64,000 bases of DNA, taken from positions 4,416,001 to 4,480,000 of the forward strand of contig CAXXKJ010000002.1 of assembly GCA_963675295.2 (NCBI GenBank), read 5' to 3'. Both the position numbers and the translations under genes were made by a program. Every line of letters starts with the position of its first letter. Positions within the stretch are counted from its first letter, which is position 1. Source of the stretch: a bacterium. GTDB taxonomy: Bacteria > Electryoneota > Electryoneia > Electryoneales > Electryoneaceae. A model generated the notes under the pieces. It was not told the DNA's origin. It made no database searches and was given only the letters and a program-made list of their open reading frames with translations. Below are positions 10,426 to 19,056 of this stretch, piece by piece.

Positions 10426-10666
10426 CCGCGAGAGTTGCACCGCCAGCCTGGAACCGCGATCTTCCAGTTCCTGTCTAAAGTGTGATAAAGCCCGGACGTA
10501 ACTGTCCGGGCTTGCTGACGTCAGGGTGGTCTGGTTCGGGTATAATCGCGTTCAACGCGGTTCGGGTCGACCCGCATTCGCACTCGACCGTGTCGAAAAA
10601 CTTGCAGACGCGGACGTGGCAGGTGCTGATACTCTTGACTTGCGAGCAAGTCGGGGCATACCCCGG

Positions 10667-10701
10667 CACTGACTACTGACCACTGATCACTGAGTACTGT
10701 C
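10667..10701. repeat. Heptamer tandem repeat (YACTGAx x5) before alaS
   Basis: cactgac tactgac cactgat cactgag tactgtc. Confidence 0.7.
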
Positions 10702-10719
10702 TTTTATCGGAGGCCCGGC

Positions 10720-13710
10720 ATGACCTCGGCCGAAATTCGGCAGGCGTTCATCGACTTTTTCGCCGCGCAGAAACACACCATCGTCCCCTCCAGCCCGGTG
10801 ATTCCGCAGGATGATCCGACGCTGTTGTTCATCAACGCCGGCATGAACCAGTTCAAGGACGTGTTCCTCGGTACTGGCACGCGCGACTACAGCCGCGCGG
10901 TAGACAGCCAGAAGTGCATCCGTGTCAGCGGCAAGCACAACGACCTTGAGGAAGTCGGGCCGAGCCCGAACCATCACACGTTTTTCGAAATGCTCGGCAA
11001 CTGGTCGTTCGGCGACTACTACAAGGCCGAGGCGATCCGTTGGGCGTGGGAGTTGATGACCGAGGTGTACAAGCTTCCGGCGGACAAGTTGTACGCGACG
11101 GTGTTCACCGACGACGACGAAGCGCATCGTCTCTGGGAATCCGAAACGAGCATTGAGCCGAGCCACATCAGCCGTCACGGTCACAAGGACAATTTCTGGG
11201 AGATGGGTGAGGTCGGGCCGTGCGGACCGTGCACCGAGCTCCACATCGACCTCGGCAAGCCCGCACCGGGCCGTCAGGCGATTGAGAACGACGGGCCGAA
11301 CACGGAATCCGGCCGCTTTGTCGAACTGTGGAACCTGGTCTTCATCCAGTACCACCGCGATCAGAGCGGCGAGCTGCATAACTTGCCGGCGACGCACGTC
11401 GACACCGGCGCGGGGCTGGAACGCATCGCGCGGGTGATGCAGGGTGTCGAATCGAATTACGAGACCGATCTGTTCAGCCCGATCATCAGCGAAATCGCGG
11501 AACGGTCGGGGGTGGCGTACGAACTCAACGGGATTCATATCCCCCACCGTGTGATTGCGGATCACCTGCGCGCATTGACCTCTGCCATCGCGGACGGCGG
11601 CCTGCCGGGTAACGAAGGCCGGGGGTATGTGCTGCGCCGCATCCTGCGCCGGGCGAGCCGGTTTGTCCGGGAATTGGGCGTGGACGGACCGTTCGTGCAC
11701 ACGCTGGTGCCGGTGCTGGTGGACGTGATGGGGCACCATTTCACTGAGATCAAGGAACGCCAACAGCACATCGAGACCGTCATCCGCGCGGAGGAGGAAT
11801 CCTTCCTGCGGACGTTGGACAATGGGCTGACGGTGTTCGGAAACTCGTTCACACGGACGTTCGTCGAGCATGCGAACAAGCAAGGCGGCGACAAGCTGCC
11901 GGTCTGGGCGAAGAAGCTGGCCGATGTTGGCAAATCGGTCACGAGCAAGTCCGGGATGCTGAACCGCTATGTCGCCGAACTGGAGAAGCTGACCGGCGGC
12001 AACGGCGACAGCATCAACTACAATTTCATCGACCGCAACCTGGACGAATTCGCCTCCACGCTGAAGGCGGCGTCCGGTGTGGATACGGCACAGGTGGATA
12101 CGCTGGTCGACGAATTCCGCCAGCTGAAATCCGGGCTGGTGATTCCGGCGGCGGACGCATTCAAGCTGTACGACACGTACGGTTTCCCGCTCGACCTGAC
12201 GCAGCAGATGGCGCGAGAACGTGGCATCGAGGTTGACACGGCCGGCTTCGACCGCGAGATGGCGGCGGCGAAAGAACGCAGCCGCGCCGGGGCGAAGTTT
12301 GTCCAGGGCGAAACAGACTTTGATACGGTCAGCGAGGGCGACCACTCGGCATTTACCGGGTATGACAGCCTGCACGAATCCACCGAGCTGCGCATGGCGC
12401 GGACGTTCGAGGAAGACAGCGTCACGAAATATGCGCTGGTGCTGGCGAGGACGCCGTTCTACGCGGAATCCGGTGGCCAGGTGTGTGACTACGGCACGAT
12501 CTCCGGTGACGGCTGGGAGTTCCAGGTGTACGACGTCCGGAACGAAGGCGACCGGCGTGTGCATTACGCAAACGCTGTGAAGAAGCCTGGGGATGATCCG
12601 CGTTTGCAAGCAAACGCGGGCACGACTCTAGTCTCGGAAACGTTGCCGGTGAAGGTCGATGCGCAGGTGGATGAGGATCGGCGGCGTCGGATTCTGCCGC
12701 ATCACACGACGACGCACCTGCTGCAGGCGGCGTTGCGGGACGTGCTGGGCGACCACGTGACCCAGGCCGGGTCGGCGGTGGGGCCGGACAAGATGACGTT
12801 CGACTTCACCCATTTCGAGAAGCCGTCGGACGAGCAGCTCGCACGGGCCGAGGCGATTGTCAACGACGCGATCCGTCGTGATTACCCGGTGACGGCGTCC
12901 GAGATGCCCATCGACGAAGCGAAGTCGAAAGGCGCGATGGCGTTGTTCGGTGAGAAGTACGATGATGTCGTGCGGGTGATCACGGTCGGCGAAGGTGACG
13001 GCAACAAGTTCTCGATGGAGCTCTGCGGCGGCACGCACCTGACGCGTACTGGCGAGGCCGGCCTGTTCCGGATCGAAAGCGAGACCGGGTTGAGCGCGGG
13101 TGTGCGGCGTGTGGAGTGCACCGCCGGCGCGGCCGCGTACGAGCGGATGCTGCTGGAACGCGACACGCTCGATCGTGTGATCACCACGGTCGGTTCCGGC
13201 GGGTCCGATCCGGCGGACAAGATCGCGAAGCTGCTCGACCGTCAGAAGGAGATGCAGAAGGAGATCGAACGACTGCAGCGGGCGGCGTTGCAGGGTTCGG
13301 TCGACATGCTCGCCGACTGGGGGCACGATCTCGAGTTCAAGGGCACCCCGGTCACAGCGGTCTTTGCGCACACGGACGCGGTTTCCGACAAGAACGGGCT
13401 GCAGCAGGTGGGCGACAAGATCATCGAGAAGCTGACCCAGGCGAATAAGGATGGCTTCGGGATTGTCGGCGCGACGATGGACAAGACGTACATGTTCGTC
13501 GCGGTGGTGACACCCGGCCTGATCAAGCAAGGCCTGATGGCGGGCAAACTGGTCGGCGCGGTGGCGAAGACAGTTGGCGGTGGTGGTGGTGGCAAGCCCG
13601 ATTTTGCGACCGCCGGCGCGAAGGATGTCGATGCGGCAAAGTCGCTGATTTCCGACCGTGGCCGGTTTGAGAAGGTGCTTGCGGAAATCGTCGCAGGGTT
13701 TGCTGGCTAG
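10720..13710 (+). CDS. alaS: Alanine--tRNA ligase (with ~90-aa insertion)
   Basis: DPTLLFINAGMNQFK, HHTFFEMLGNWSFGDY, editing HTTTH and CGGTH, C-terminal GGGGG. Confidence 0.98.
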   Translation: MTSAEIRQAFIDFFAAQKHTIVPSSPVIPQDDPTLLFINAGMNQFKDVFLGTGTRDYSRAVDSQKCIRVSGKHNDLEEVGPSPNHHTFFEMLGNWSFGDYYKAEAIRWAWELMTEVYKLPADKLYATVFTDDDEAHRLWESETSIEPSHISRHGHKDNFWEMGEVGPCGPCTELHIDLGKPAPGRQAIENDGPNTESGRFVELWNLVFIQYHRDQSGELHNLPATHVDTGAGLERIARVMQGVESNYETDLFSPIISEIAERSGVAYELNGIHIPHRVIADHLRALTSAIADGGLPGNEGRGYVLRRILRRASRFVRELGVDGPFVHTLVPVLVDVMGHHFTEIKERQQHIETVIRAEEESFLRTLDNGLTVFGNSFTRTFVEHANKQGGDKLPVWAKKLADVGKSVTSKSGMLNRYVAELEKLTGGNGDSINYNFIDRNLDEFASTLKAASGVDTAQVDTLVDEFRQLKSGLVIPAADAFKLYDTYGFPLDLTQQMARERGIEVDTAGFDREMAAAKERSRAGAKFVQGETDFDTVSEGDHSAFTGYDSLHESTELRMARTFEEDSVTKYALVLARTPFYAESGGQVCDYGTISGDGWEFQVYDVRNEGDRRVHYANAVKKPGDDPRLQANAGTTLVSETLPVKVDAQVDEDRRRRILPHHTTTHLLQAALRDVLGDHVTQAGSAVGPDKMTFDFTHFEKPSDEQLARAEAIVNDAIRRDYPVTASEMPIDEAKSKGAMALFGEKYDDVVRVITVGEGDGNKFSMELCGGTHLTRTGEAGLFRIESETGLSAGVRRVECTAGAAAYERMLLERDTLDRVITTVGSGGSDPADKIAKLLDRQKEMQKEIERLQRAALQGSVDMLADWGHDLEFKGTPVTAVFAHTDAVSDKNGLQQVGDKIIEKLTQANKDGFGIVGATMDKTYMFVAVVTPGLIKQGLMAGKLVGAVAKTVGGGGGGKPDFATAGAKDVDAAKSLISDRGRFEKVLAEIVAGFAG

Positions 13711-13933
13711 CCCCGCGTGTGAATCCGACATGCAAGCAATGTGAACTGCCGCAGACGTATGTCCGCGGCAGTTTTTTCTCTTTGCATCTCGTTGAATATG
13801 ATTCAGCACACAAAGAGTTGTGTTTTACACTGGCAGATTGAACCTGCGCATGCGGTCTGTTGAAGTCACCGCTTGACCTGCATCTCATGTGAACCGGGTA
13901 ATACCCACCGTCTCTGTGATCGGCTCTGGTCCG

Positions 13934-13992
13934 TTGACACGTGTTGTGCTGTAACGTATTATATCGCTAGCGATACAATCGTACGCGACACA
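13934..13992 (+). promoter_or_regulatory. Sigma-70 promoter with overlapping palindromic operator (probable MarR/OhrR site)
   Basis: TTGACA (13934)-17 nt-TATTAT (13957); perfect palindrome TATCGCTAGCGATA 13962-13975 followed by ATCGTACGCGA. Confidence 0.75.
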
Positions 13993-14054
13993 CAAGCCAA
14001 ACACGGACTACGGTCAGGATTTGACTTGCCAGCGAAGACGAAGGAGATGATGTG

Positions 14055-14540
14055 ATGAGTGAGTTCCATGACTTGAAGGCGACGCGCTTGAACGGTGACG
14101 AGGAATCACTTTCAGCATACGAGGGCAAGGTGGTGCTGGTGGTGAACACGGCCAGCAAGTGCGGGTTCACTCCGCAGTACGAGGGCCTGGAAAAACTGTA
14201 CCAGACGTATCACAAGGACGGGCTGGAGATCCTCGGGTTTCCCTGCAACCAGTTCGGCAGCCAGGAACCGGGCGGTGTGGAGGAGATTGAGCAGACGTGT
14301 TTTGTCAATTACGGCGTCAGCTTCCCGATGTTTGCGAAGGTGGAGGTGAACGGTCCGAACGCGCACCCGGTCTTTTCGTTCCTCAAGCGCCGGCTGTCCG
14401 GCCTTCTCGGTGGCTGGATCAAGTGGAATTTCACTAAGTTCCTCGTCGGCCGGGACGGACAGCCGATCAAGCGTTTTGCGCCGGCCGTGACGCCCGAGTC
14501 CCTCGAACCCGAGATCCGAGCCGCATTGGGGAAGGCATGA
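14055..14540 (+). CDS. Glutathione peroxidase family (Cys-type)
   Basis: NTASKCGFTPQY, GFPCNQFGSQEP, WNFTKFL; catalytic codon is TGC. Confidence 0.95.
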   Translation: MSEFHDLKATRLNGDEESLSAYEGKVVLVVNTASKCGFTPQYEGLEKLYQTYHKDGLEILGFPCNQFGSQEPGGVEEIEQTCFVNYGVSFPMFAKVEVNGPNAHPVFSFLKRRLSGLLGGWIKWNFTKFLVGRDGQPIKRFAPAVTPESLEPEIRAALGKA

Positions 14541-15013
14541 GTCGATCAGTGGATGAACAATCGAGCAACCTTGAGCTGGACAAGCAGCTGTGCTTTCCGC
14601 TGTATGCGGCGTCACGTCTGATCCAGCGGTTGTACCATCCGTTGCTCGAACCGTTCGGGTTGACCTACCCACAGTACATCGTGCTGATGATCCTGTGGGA
14701 GGATGCGCCGTGCCCGGTGTCGCACATCGGCCGCCGGGCGTTGCTGAACACGAACACGCTCACCCCCCTGCTGAAACGGTTGCAGCAGCAGGGATTGATC
14801 ACCCGCACGCGGGCGTCGTACGATGAACGTGTGGTGCAGATCGAGCTGACCTCGGACGGCGTGGCGTTACGGCAGAAGCTGGAGTGTGTGCCGGAACAGT
14901 TGTACGCCTCCTTCGGCAAGGACGAGGCCACGTACCTGGATCTGAAGCAGAAGCTGGATGATTTGATCGGCGTGCTGCTGACGCATGAGGACGCGAGTAA
15001 TTCTGCTTCCTGA
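14537..15013 (+). CDS. MarR family regulator, OhrR-like
   Basis: LDKQLCFPLYAASR, LTYPQY, TLTPLLKRL, DERVV. Confidence 0.9.
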   Translation: MSRSVDEQSSNLELDKQLCFPLYAASRLIQRLYHPLLEPFGLTYPQYIVLMILWEDAPCPVSHIGRRALLNTNTLTPLLKRLQQQGLITRTRASYDERVVQIELTSDGVALRQKLECVPEQLYASFGKDEATYLDLKQKLDDLIGVLLTHEDASNSAS

Positions 15014-15036
15014 CAGACATTACACCGACATTTACC

Positions 15037-15972
15037 ATGACAGAACCGATGACGAAACGAGCATTTTTCGGTCCGGCGGGATTTCCGACGTCGTTTTTCG
15101 AAACGAAAAAGTACAAGAAGAACCGTGTCAACGCGGCCGAGTGGCTGCACGATATCGGGCTCGATATCCTCGAGCTGCAGATGGTTCATGGCCCGCGGAC
15201 TCGTCCCGAAGTAGCCGAGCAACACCTGGAGAAGGCGGAAGAATTCGGAGTCAGCTTCAGCATTCACGCCAGTTACTACTGCGTGCTGTCGTCGGTGAAG
15301 GACGATGTCATCGAGCGCAGCTTCGCGTCGCTGGCGAAGACGGCTGAGCTGGCTGCGCTGGCGGGCGTATCACGGATCGTGCTGCATCCCGGCACGACTG
15401 CGGGTGGACGCGAGAACGCGTTGGACCGGTTCATTTCGAACATGCAGACATTTGTCGCGAACGATCTGCCGGACGGGGTTCACATTTACCCGGAGACGGC
15501 GGGAAAGGTCAATTCGCTGGGATCGCTGGAGGAGATTCTGACGATCTGCCGTGAGGTGCCGAGCTGCCGGCCGTGTGTCGATTTCGGACACCTGCACTGC
15601 CGTCAGCTTAGCGAGCTGGACACGGACAACGGGTGGACATTCACCTCGCCGGACGACTATATCGTGGCGATGGACCACCTGAAGGCGAATCTGCGTCCGG
15701 AACAGTGGGAAGAGATGCACTACCACATCTCCCCCATCGAATTCACTCCGAAAGGTGAGAAGAAGCACCGTGATCACGGGGAATTGATCTCGGACGAGGA
15801 CGCCGATCCGATGTTTGGCAAGCCGGGCGATCCGTGGCTGCCGGTGGCGGAACACTTCGCGCAGGCGTTAGCGTTGACCGGCTATCCGGCGTGGGTGATC
15901 AGCGAGGCGGCGGACTCGATGGACCGTGGCGCGCTGGCGATGAAGCAGGCGTACAACAAACACCTGGCTTGA
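15037..15972 (+). CDS. Endonuclease IV / AP-endonuclease-2 family TIM-barrel protein
   Basis: HASYY, LHPG, ETAGK, DFGHLH, HYH, EKKH metal-ligand pattern. Confidence 0.85.
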   Translation: MTEPMTKRAFFGPAGFPTSFFETKKYKKNRVNAAEWLHDIGLDILELQMVHGPRTRPEVAEQHLEKAEEFGVSFSIHASYYCVLSSVKDDVIERSFASLAKTAELAALAGVSRIVLHPGTTAGGRENALDRFISNMQTFVANDLPDGVHIYPETAGKVNSLGSLEEILTICREVPSCRPCVDFGHLHCRQLSELDTDNGWTFTSPDDYIVAMDHLKANLRPEQWEEMHYHISPIEFTPKGEKKHRDHGELISDEDADPMFGKPGDPWLPVAEHFAQALALTGYPAWVISEAADSMDRGALAMKQAYNKHLA

Positions 15973-16051
15973 ACCGCAAAAGGCGCGAAAAGAATGCTGA
16001 ACTCCGGAATACACGGAAGAAACGGAACCGAATACTCCTAGCAATCAACTG

Positions 16052-16777
16052 CTACGCTACACGATTCCACCGCGATTTGACGAGTTCGCTCAGGGTCAGG
16101 GCCTGCTCATTGGTTGCGACTCGTTCGTTGTTGAAGACGATGTCATAGTGGTTCAATGCCGTGACGTCAAGTCCCAGGTATTTCCGTACAAAGCCCTCTC
16201 GTTCCCGGTCAAGTCGTTCGATCGTCTCGCGGTCCGCGATGTCGTCGTAGCCGGGATCATTCCTCAACGTGTCGATCCGCCATTCGAGTGGTGCGATCAG
16301 GCGAACGTGGATTCCTGCGGGTACGTAACGGGTCGTTAATGCGCTTCCCCGTCCAATCAGAATGCAAGCACCGGCTGAAGCCAGAATTGCCTGCGTGCGT
16401 GCGAGTGCGCGATACACTTTCAACTCGGACGGTTTTCCGGAAAAAGTGCTGTCGACCCAGTCATCAATCTCCGACTTGGTGTGCCGGGACATCACGTTCG
16501 CCATTTCGGACAGCATCTCGTCCTGTTCGGCCAGAATGGACAGTAACATCTTGTCATAGATCACGTACTCATAGTCAGGAAATTCAGCTTTCAGGCGTTC
16601 CGACAACGCTTTCGCCAGTTCGAAAGCCTGGCAGCCATACTGGCGTGAGATGGTGACAAATGGTGGCTTCTGCTGTGCCTGCTTGTTGCGTTCCAGTTCA
16701 CGGGCAAGACGCTGCTGGATTTGAATCTGTGCGCGAAGACGGCGTTCAACGGTCGCTGGAAGGGGATTGGTCGCCAT
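16052..16777 (-). CDS. Cytidylate kinase-like family protein
   Basis: VTISRQYGC, ILIGRGS, HVRLIAPLEWR, YDIVFN. Confidence 0.85.
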   Translation of the reverse strand: MATNPLPATVERRLRAQIQIQQRLARELERNKQAQQKPPFVTISRQYGCQAFELAKALSERLKAEFPDYEYVIYDKMLLSILAEQDEMLSEMANVMSRHTKSEIDDWVDSTFSGKPSELKVYRALARTQAILASAGACILIGRGSALTTRYVPAGIHVRLIAPLEWRIDTLRNDPGYDDIADRETIERLDREREGFVRKYLGLDVTALNHYDIVFNNERVATNEQALTLSELVKSRWNRVA

Positions 16778-16950
16778 GGTCGGACCTCCTGTTGAGGACA
16801 GGGAGGATCTGTGCGCGGAGCAGGTGCAACTACCTCTGCGGCGTTGCTCTATAAGTTAGGCGTTTCTGAGGAAAGAATAAACGTTCGCGTCCAACTTTTC
16901 TCGGATACTGCGCTACAGCAAGGATTCGGCGAAAAACGGCAGGCAGCCGA

Positions 16951-18495
16951 TCAGGAGTCTTTATCGTGTTTTCTGACGAACTCCTCGATCGCGTCCACGA
17001 TACTTTCGGCGACCTTGGACTTATACTCCTTGCTGCGGACGAGGCGTTCTTCGTTGGCATTGGAGAGGAAGCCTCCCTCAACGAGAATCGCCGGCATGGA
17101 TGCACCCATCAGCACATAGAACCCCGCCTGATCGACGCCACGGCTTTTCTGGCCGGTCCTGTCCTGCATGCCATCCAGTACCATCGACGCCAGATCTTCG
17201 CTTTCCTTTCCGAATTGCGCCTGCGCCATCGAAAGGAGGATGAACGCCTCGTCGCCCAATTCGGGGTATTCGTGCAACTGTTCCTCGTACTGGATAACCT
17301 CGTTCTCCACCTTGGCGATTTCCATCGCACGTTCGGTCCGTGCCGGAGCGAGGAAGTAGGTCTCAAGGCCGTGCGCGCGGCGGTCGCGGGCGGAATTGAA
17401 GTGAATCGAGACGAACAGCTTGCCGTTCGCACGGTTGGCGATGCGGGTGCGTTCGTAGAGCGGAATGAACGTGTCGTCGTCGCGGGTCATCACCACCTTG
17501 ATGCCGGGCAGGCGTTTGCGCATCACCTCGCGTACCGCCAGCGCGGTCTCGAGCGCAAGGTCTTTTTCGTAGATGCCGGAATGTCCGATGGCGCCGGGGT
17601 CTTTGCCGCCGTGGCCGGCGTCAATCACGACCGTGTCGAGAGTCCATTTTTGCTTGTCGGCTTCGAGGGCGGTTTTTACATCCCACTGGGTGCCGTTTTC
17701 CTCCTCAACGAAAGACAGGGTGAGCGTGTAGCGGCAATCGTCGGTCGGTCCGGAGAACCGGGCGGCGTACAACCCACGCGGCAGCTGGATGACGAGCCGG
17801 GATTGGGCCGCGTCCCAGGAGTAGCTCGGTTTGTCGTCCTCCGGTGTGTAGCGGAAATCACCCGGGTTGGCCTCCGGCAGGCGGATGGCCAAGTGCGTGC
17901 TGTCGATCAGAGCGAGCGATGCGCGCTGTGGACGTGTCAGCAGCAGCCGGATGTGCGAACTGTCGGTGGTCGCGGTGATCGGGTCAGCCTCGATCTCGAG
18001 AATGTCCGATTCTGGTGGCGTGAAGCTCAACGCACGCGGGCTGCGGTGTAACGCAACCAAGCCGGGTGTGAAACGATTGACATAATCAACCCAGGTCGCT
18101 TCCGGGATGAACAGGCGCGAGTCGGTCTTTAACGGCGACGCGGGCAGCTGGTAGGTCTTACCGTCCAGCCGTGCGAACGCCGCCTCCGGGGCGAACATTG
18201 CCAGCGCGCCGGGGAAGCTGAAAACATACCGGTCGAGCGAATCGCGGTGGTAGTCAACGCCTATCGCGTCCGCGAAGGACAGCGCGTCCACATAGGCTGT
18301 GGCGCCGATGATCCGCACCGGAGCGGTCGCCTGCTGGTTCTGCGGCAGGTGGATCGTCCAGTGATCGTCGGCGGATTGCGCGATGGCGCGTTGCGGCGCG
18401 AGAGTGGCAACGACACAGAGCAGCGCGATCAGGATCACGGACAGGATCAGCCGGGAACGGATTGTGTAGTGGATATTCGATGTGGGTGCGTGCAT
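16951..18495 (-). CDS. N-acetylmuramoyl-L-alanine amidase (Amidase_3, AmiC-like); start uncertain (ORF open to 18570)
   Basis: DAGHGGKDPG, EK, SIHFNS, ILVEGGF; N-terminal signal segment. Confidence 0.93.
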   Translation of the reverse strand: MHAPTSNIHYTIRSRLILSVILIALLCVVATLAPQRAIAQSADDHWTIHLPQNQQATAPVRIIGATAYVDALSFADAIGVDYHRDSLDRYVFSFPGALAMFAPEAAFARLDGKTYQLPASPLKTDSRLFIPEATWVDYVNRFTPGLVALHRSPRALSFTPPESDILEIEADPITATTDSSHIRLLLTRPQRASLALIDSTHLAIRLPEANPGDFRYTPEDDKPSYSWDAAQSRLVIQLPRGLYAARFSGPTDDCRYTLTLSFVEEENGTQWDVKTALEADKQKWTLDTVVIDAGHGGKDPGAIGHSGIYEKDLALETALAVREVMRKRLPGIKVVMTRDDDTFIPLYERTRIANRANGKLFVSIHFNSARDRRAHGLETYFLAPARTERAMEIAKVENEVIQYEEQLHEYPELGDEAFILLSMAQAQFGKESEDLASMVLDGMQDRTGQKSRGVDQAGFYVLMGASMPAILVEGGFLSNANEERLVRSKEYKSKVAESIVDAIEEFVRKHDKDS

Positions 18496-18674
18496 GGAAA
18501 AAGCTAGCGCTCCGGGTTGAGACGTGTCAAGCGGGAACGGTGCCCGGTGATCGTGATCCGGATAGTTCACGACGGGGCGGAAACGGTAGTTCCCGGTACG
18601 GGGTGATAGTCAACGACGGGCTGTAGTAGTCGCCAATCAATGAAGGAACAACGGGGATTCGTCGGGATCTGAAA

Positions 18675-18791
18675 GGCGCGGCGTCCCTACAGGACGCGAC
18701 GGGAACGGACAAACCTGGGACTGGTAAGAGGGGCGCGCGTGTCCGTGTGGCTGAAGCCACACGCTAACCACCTGTCGCCGCTACGCGGCGG
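18675..18791. repeat. REP-like palindrome cluster
   Basis: gcgtccctacaggacgc and gtggctgaagccac hairpins, then cgccgctacgcggcg. Confidence 0.45.
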
Positions 18792-18811
18792 TTGAGGTCC
18801 ATTGTTTGCTT

Positions 18812-18917
18812 TGTGTCAGTGGTGTCTGTGGCGTCTGTGGCGTCAGTTTCTTCTGTTGCGTCCTTTGCTTCTTTTGCGTCTGTGGCGTCTTTTGCGTCTG
18901 TGGCGTCTTTTGCGTCC
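18812..18917. repeat. 9-bp minisatellite, ~12 copies (KGCGTCTKT)
   Basis: tgtgtcagt ggtgtctgt ggcgtctgt ggcgtcagt ttcttctgt tgcgtcctt tgcttcttt tgcgtctgt ggcgtcttt tgcgtctgt ggcgtcttt tgcgtcc. Confidence 0.9.
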
Positions 18918-18923
18918 GAGAGA

Positions 18924-18954
18924 AGACACCCGGTGTTTGCGGCACCGGGTGTCT
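18924..18954 (-). terminator. Stem-loop downstream of the cytochrome cluster
   Basis: 12-bp perfect stem agacacccggtg / caccgggtgtct; weak U tract. Confidence 0.55.
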
Positions 18955-19056
18955 CACAAGGGGGGTATAAAGTAGCTGGTTAATAGCGGGAACGTGATTA
19001 GCAGTGCGTGTGGCCTAGTCGAAATGTGTTCCCTGCTTGTGTTTTTTACATGAACA

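Noticed and set aside
10430-10715. T-box leader before alaS
   Set aside because: Only a simple hairpin (aagcccggac..gtccgggctt); no T-box antiterminator consensus.
11830-12156. Intein in alaS
   Set aside because: No intein-like N-terminal block with His-Asn end, and too short even for a typical mini-intein.
14055-14540. Possible selenocysteine glutathione peroxidase
   Set aside because: The catalytic codon is TGC (Cys); no in-frame TGA.
18675-18954. CRISPR array
   Set aside because: Repeats are contiguous 9-mers without unique spacers; no cas genes.
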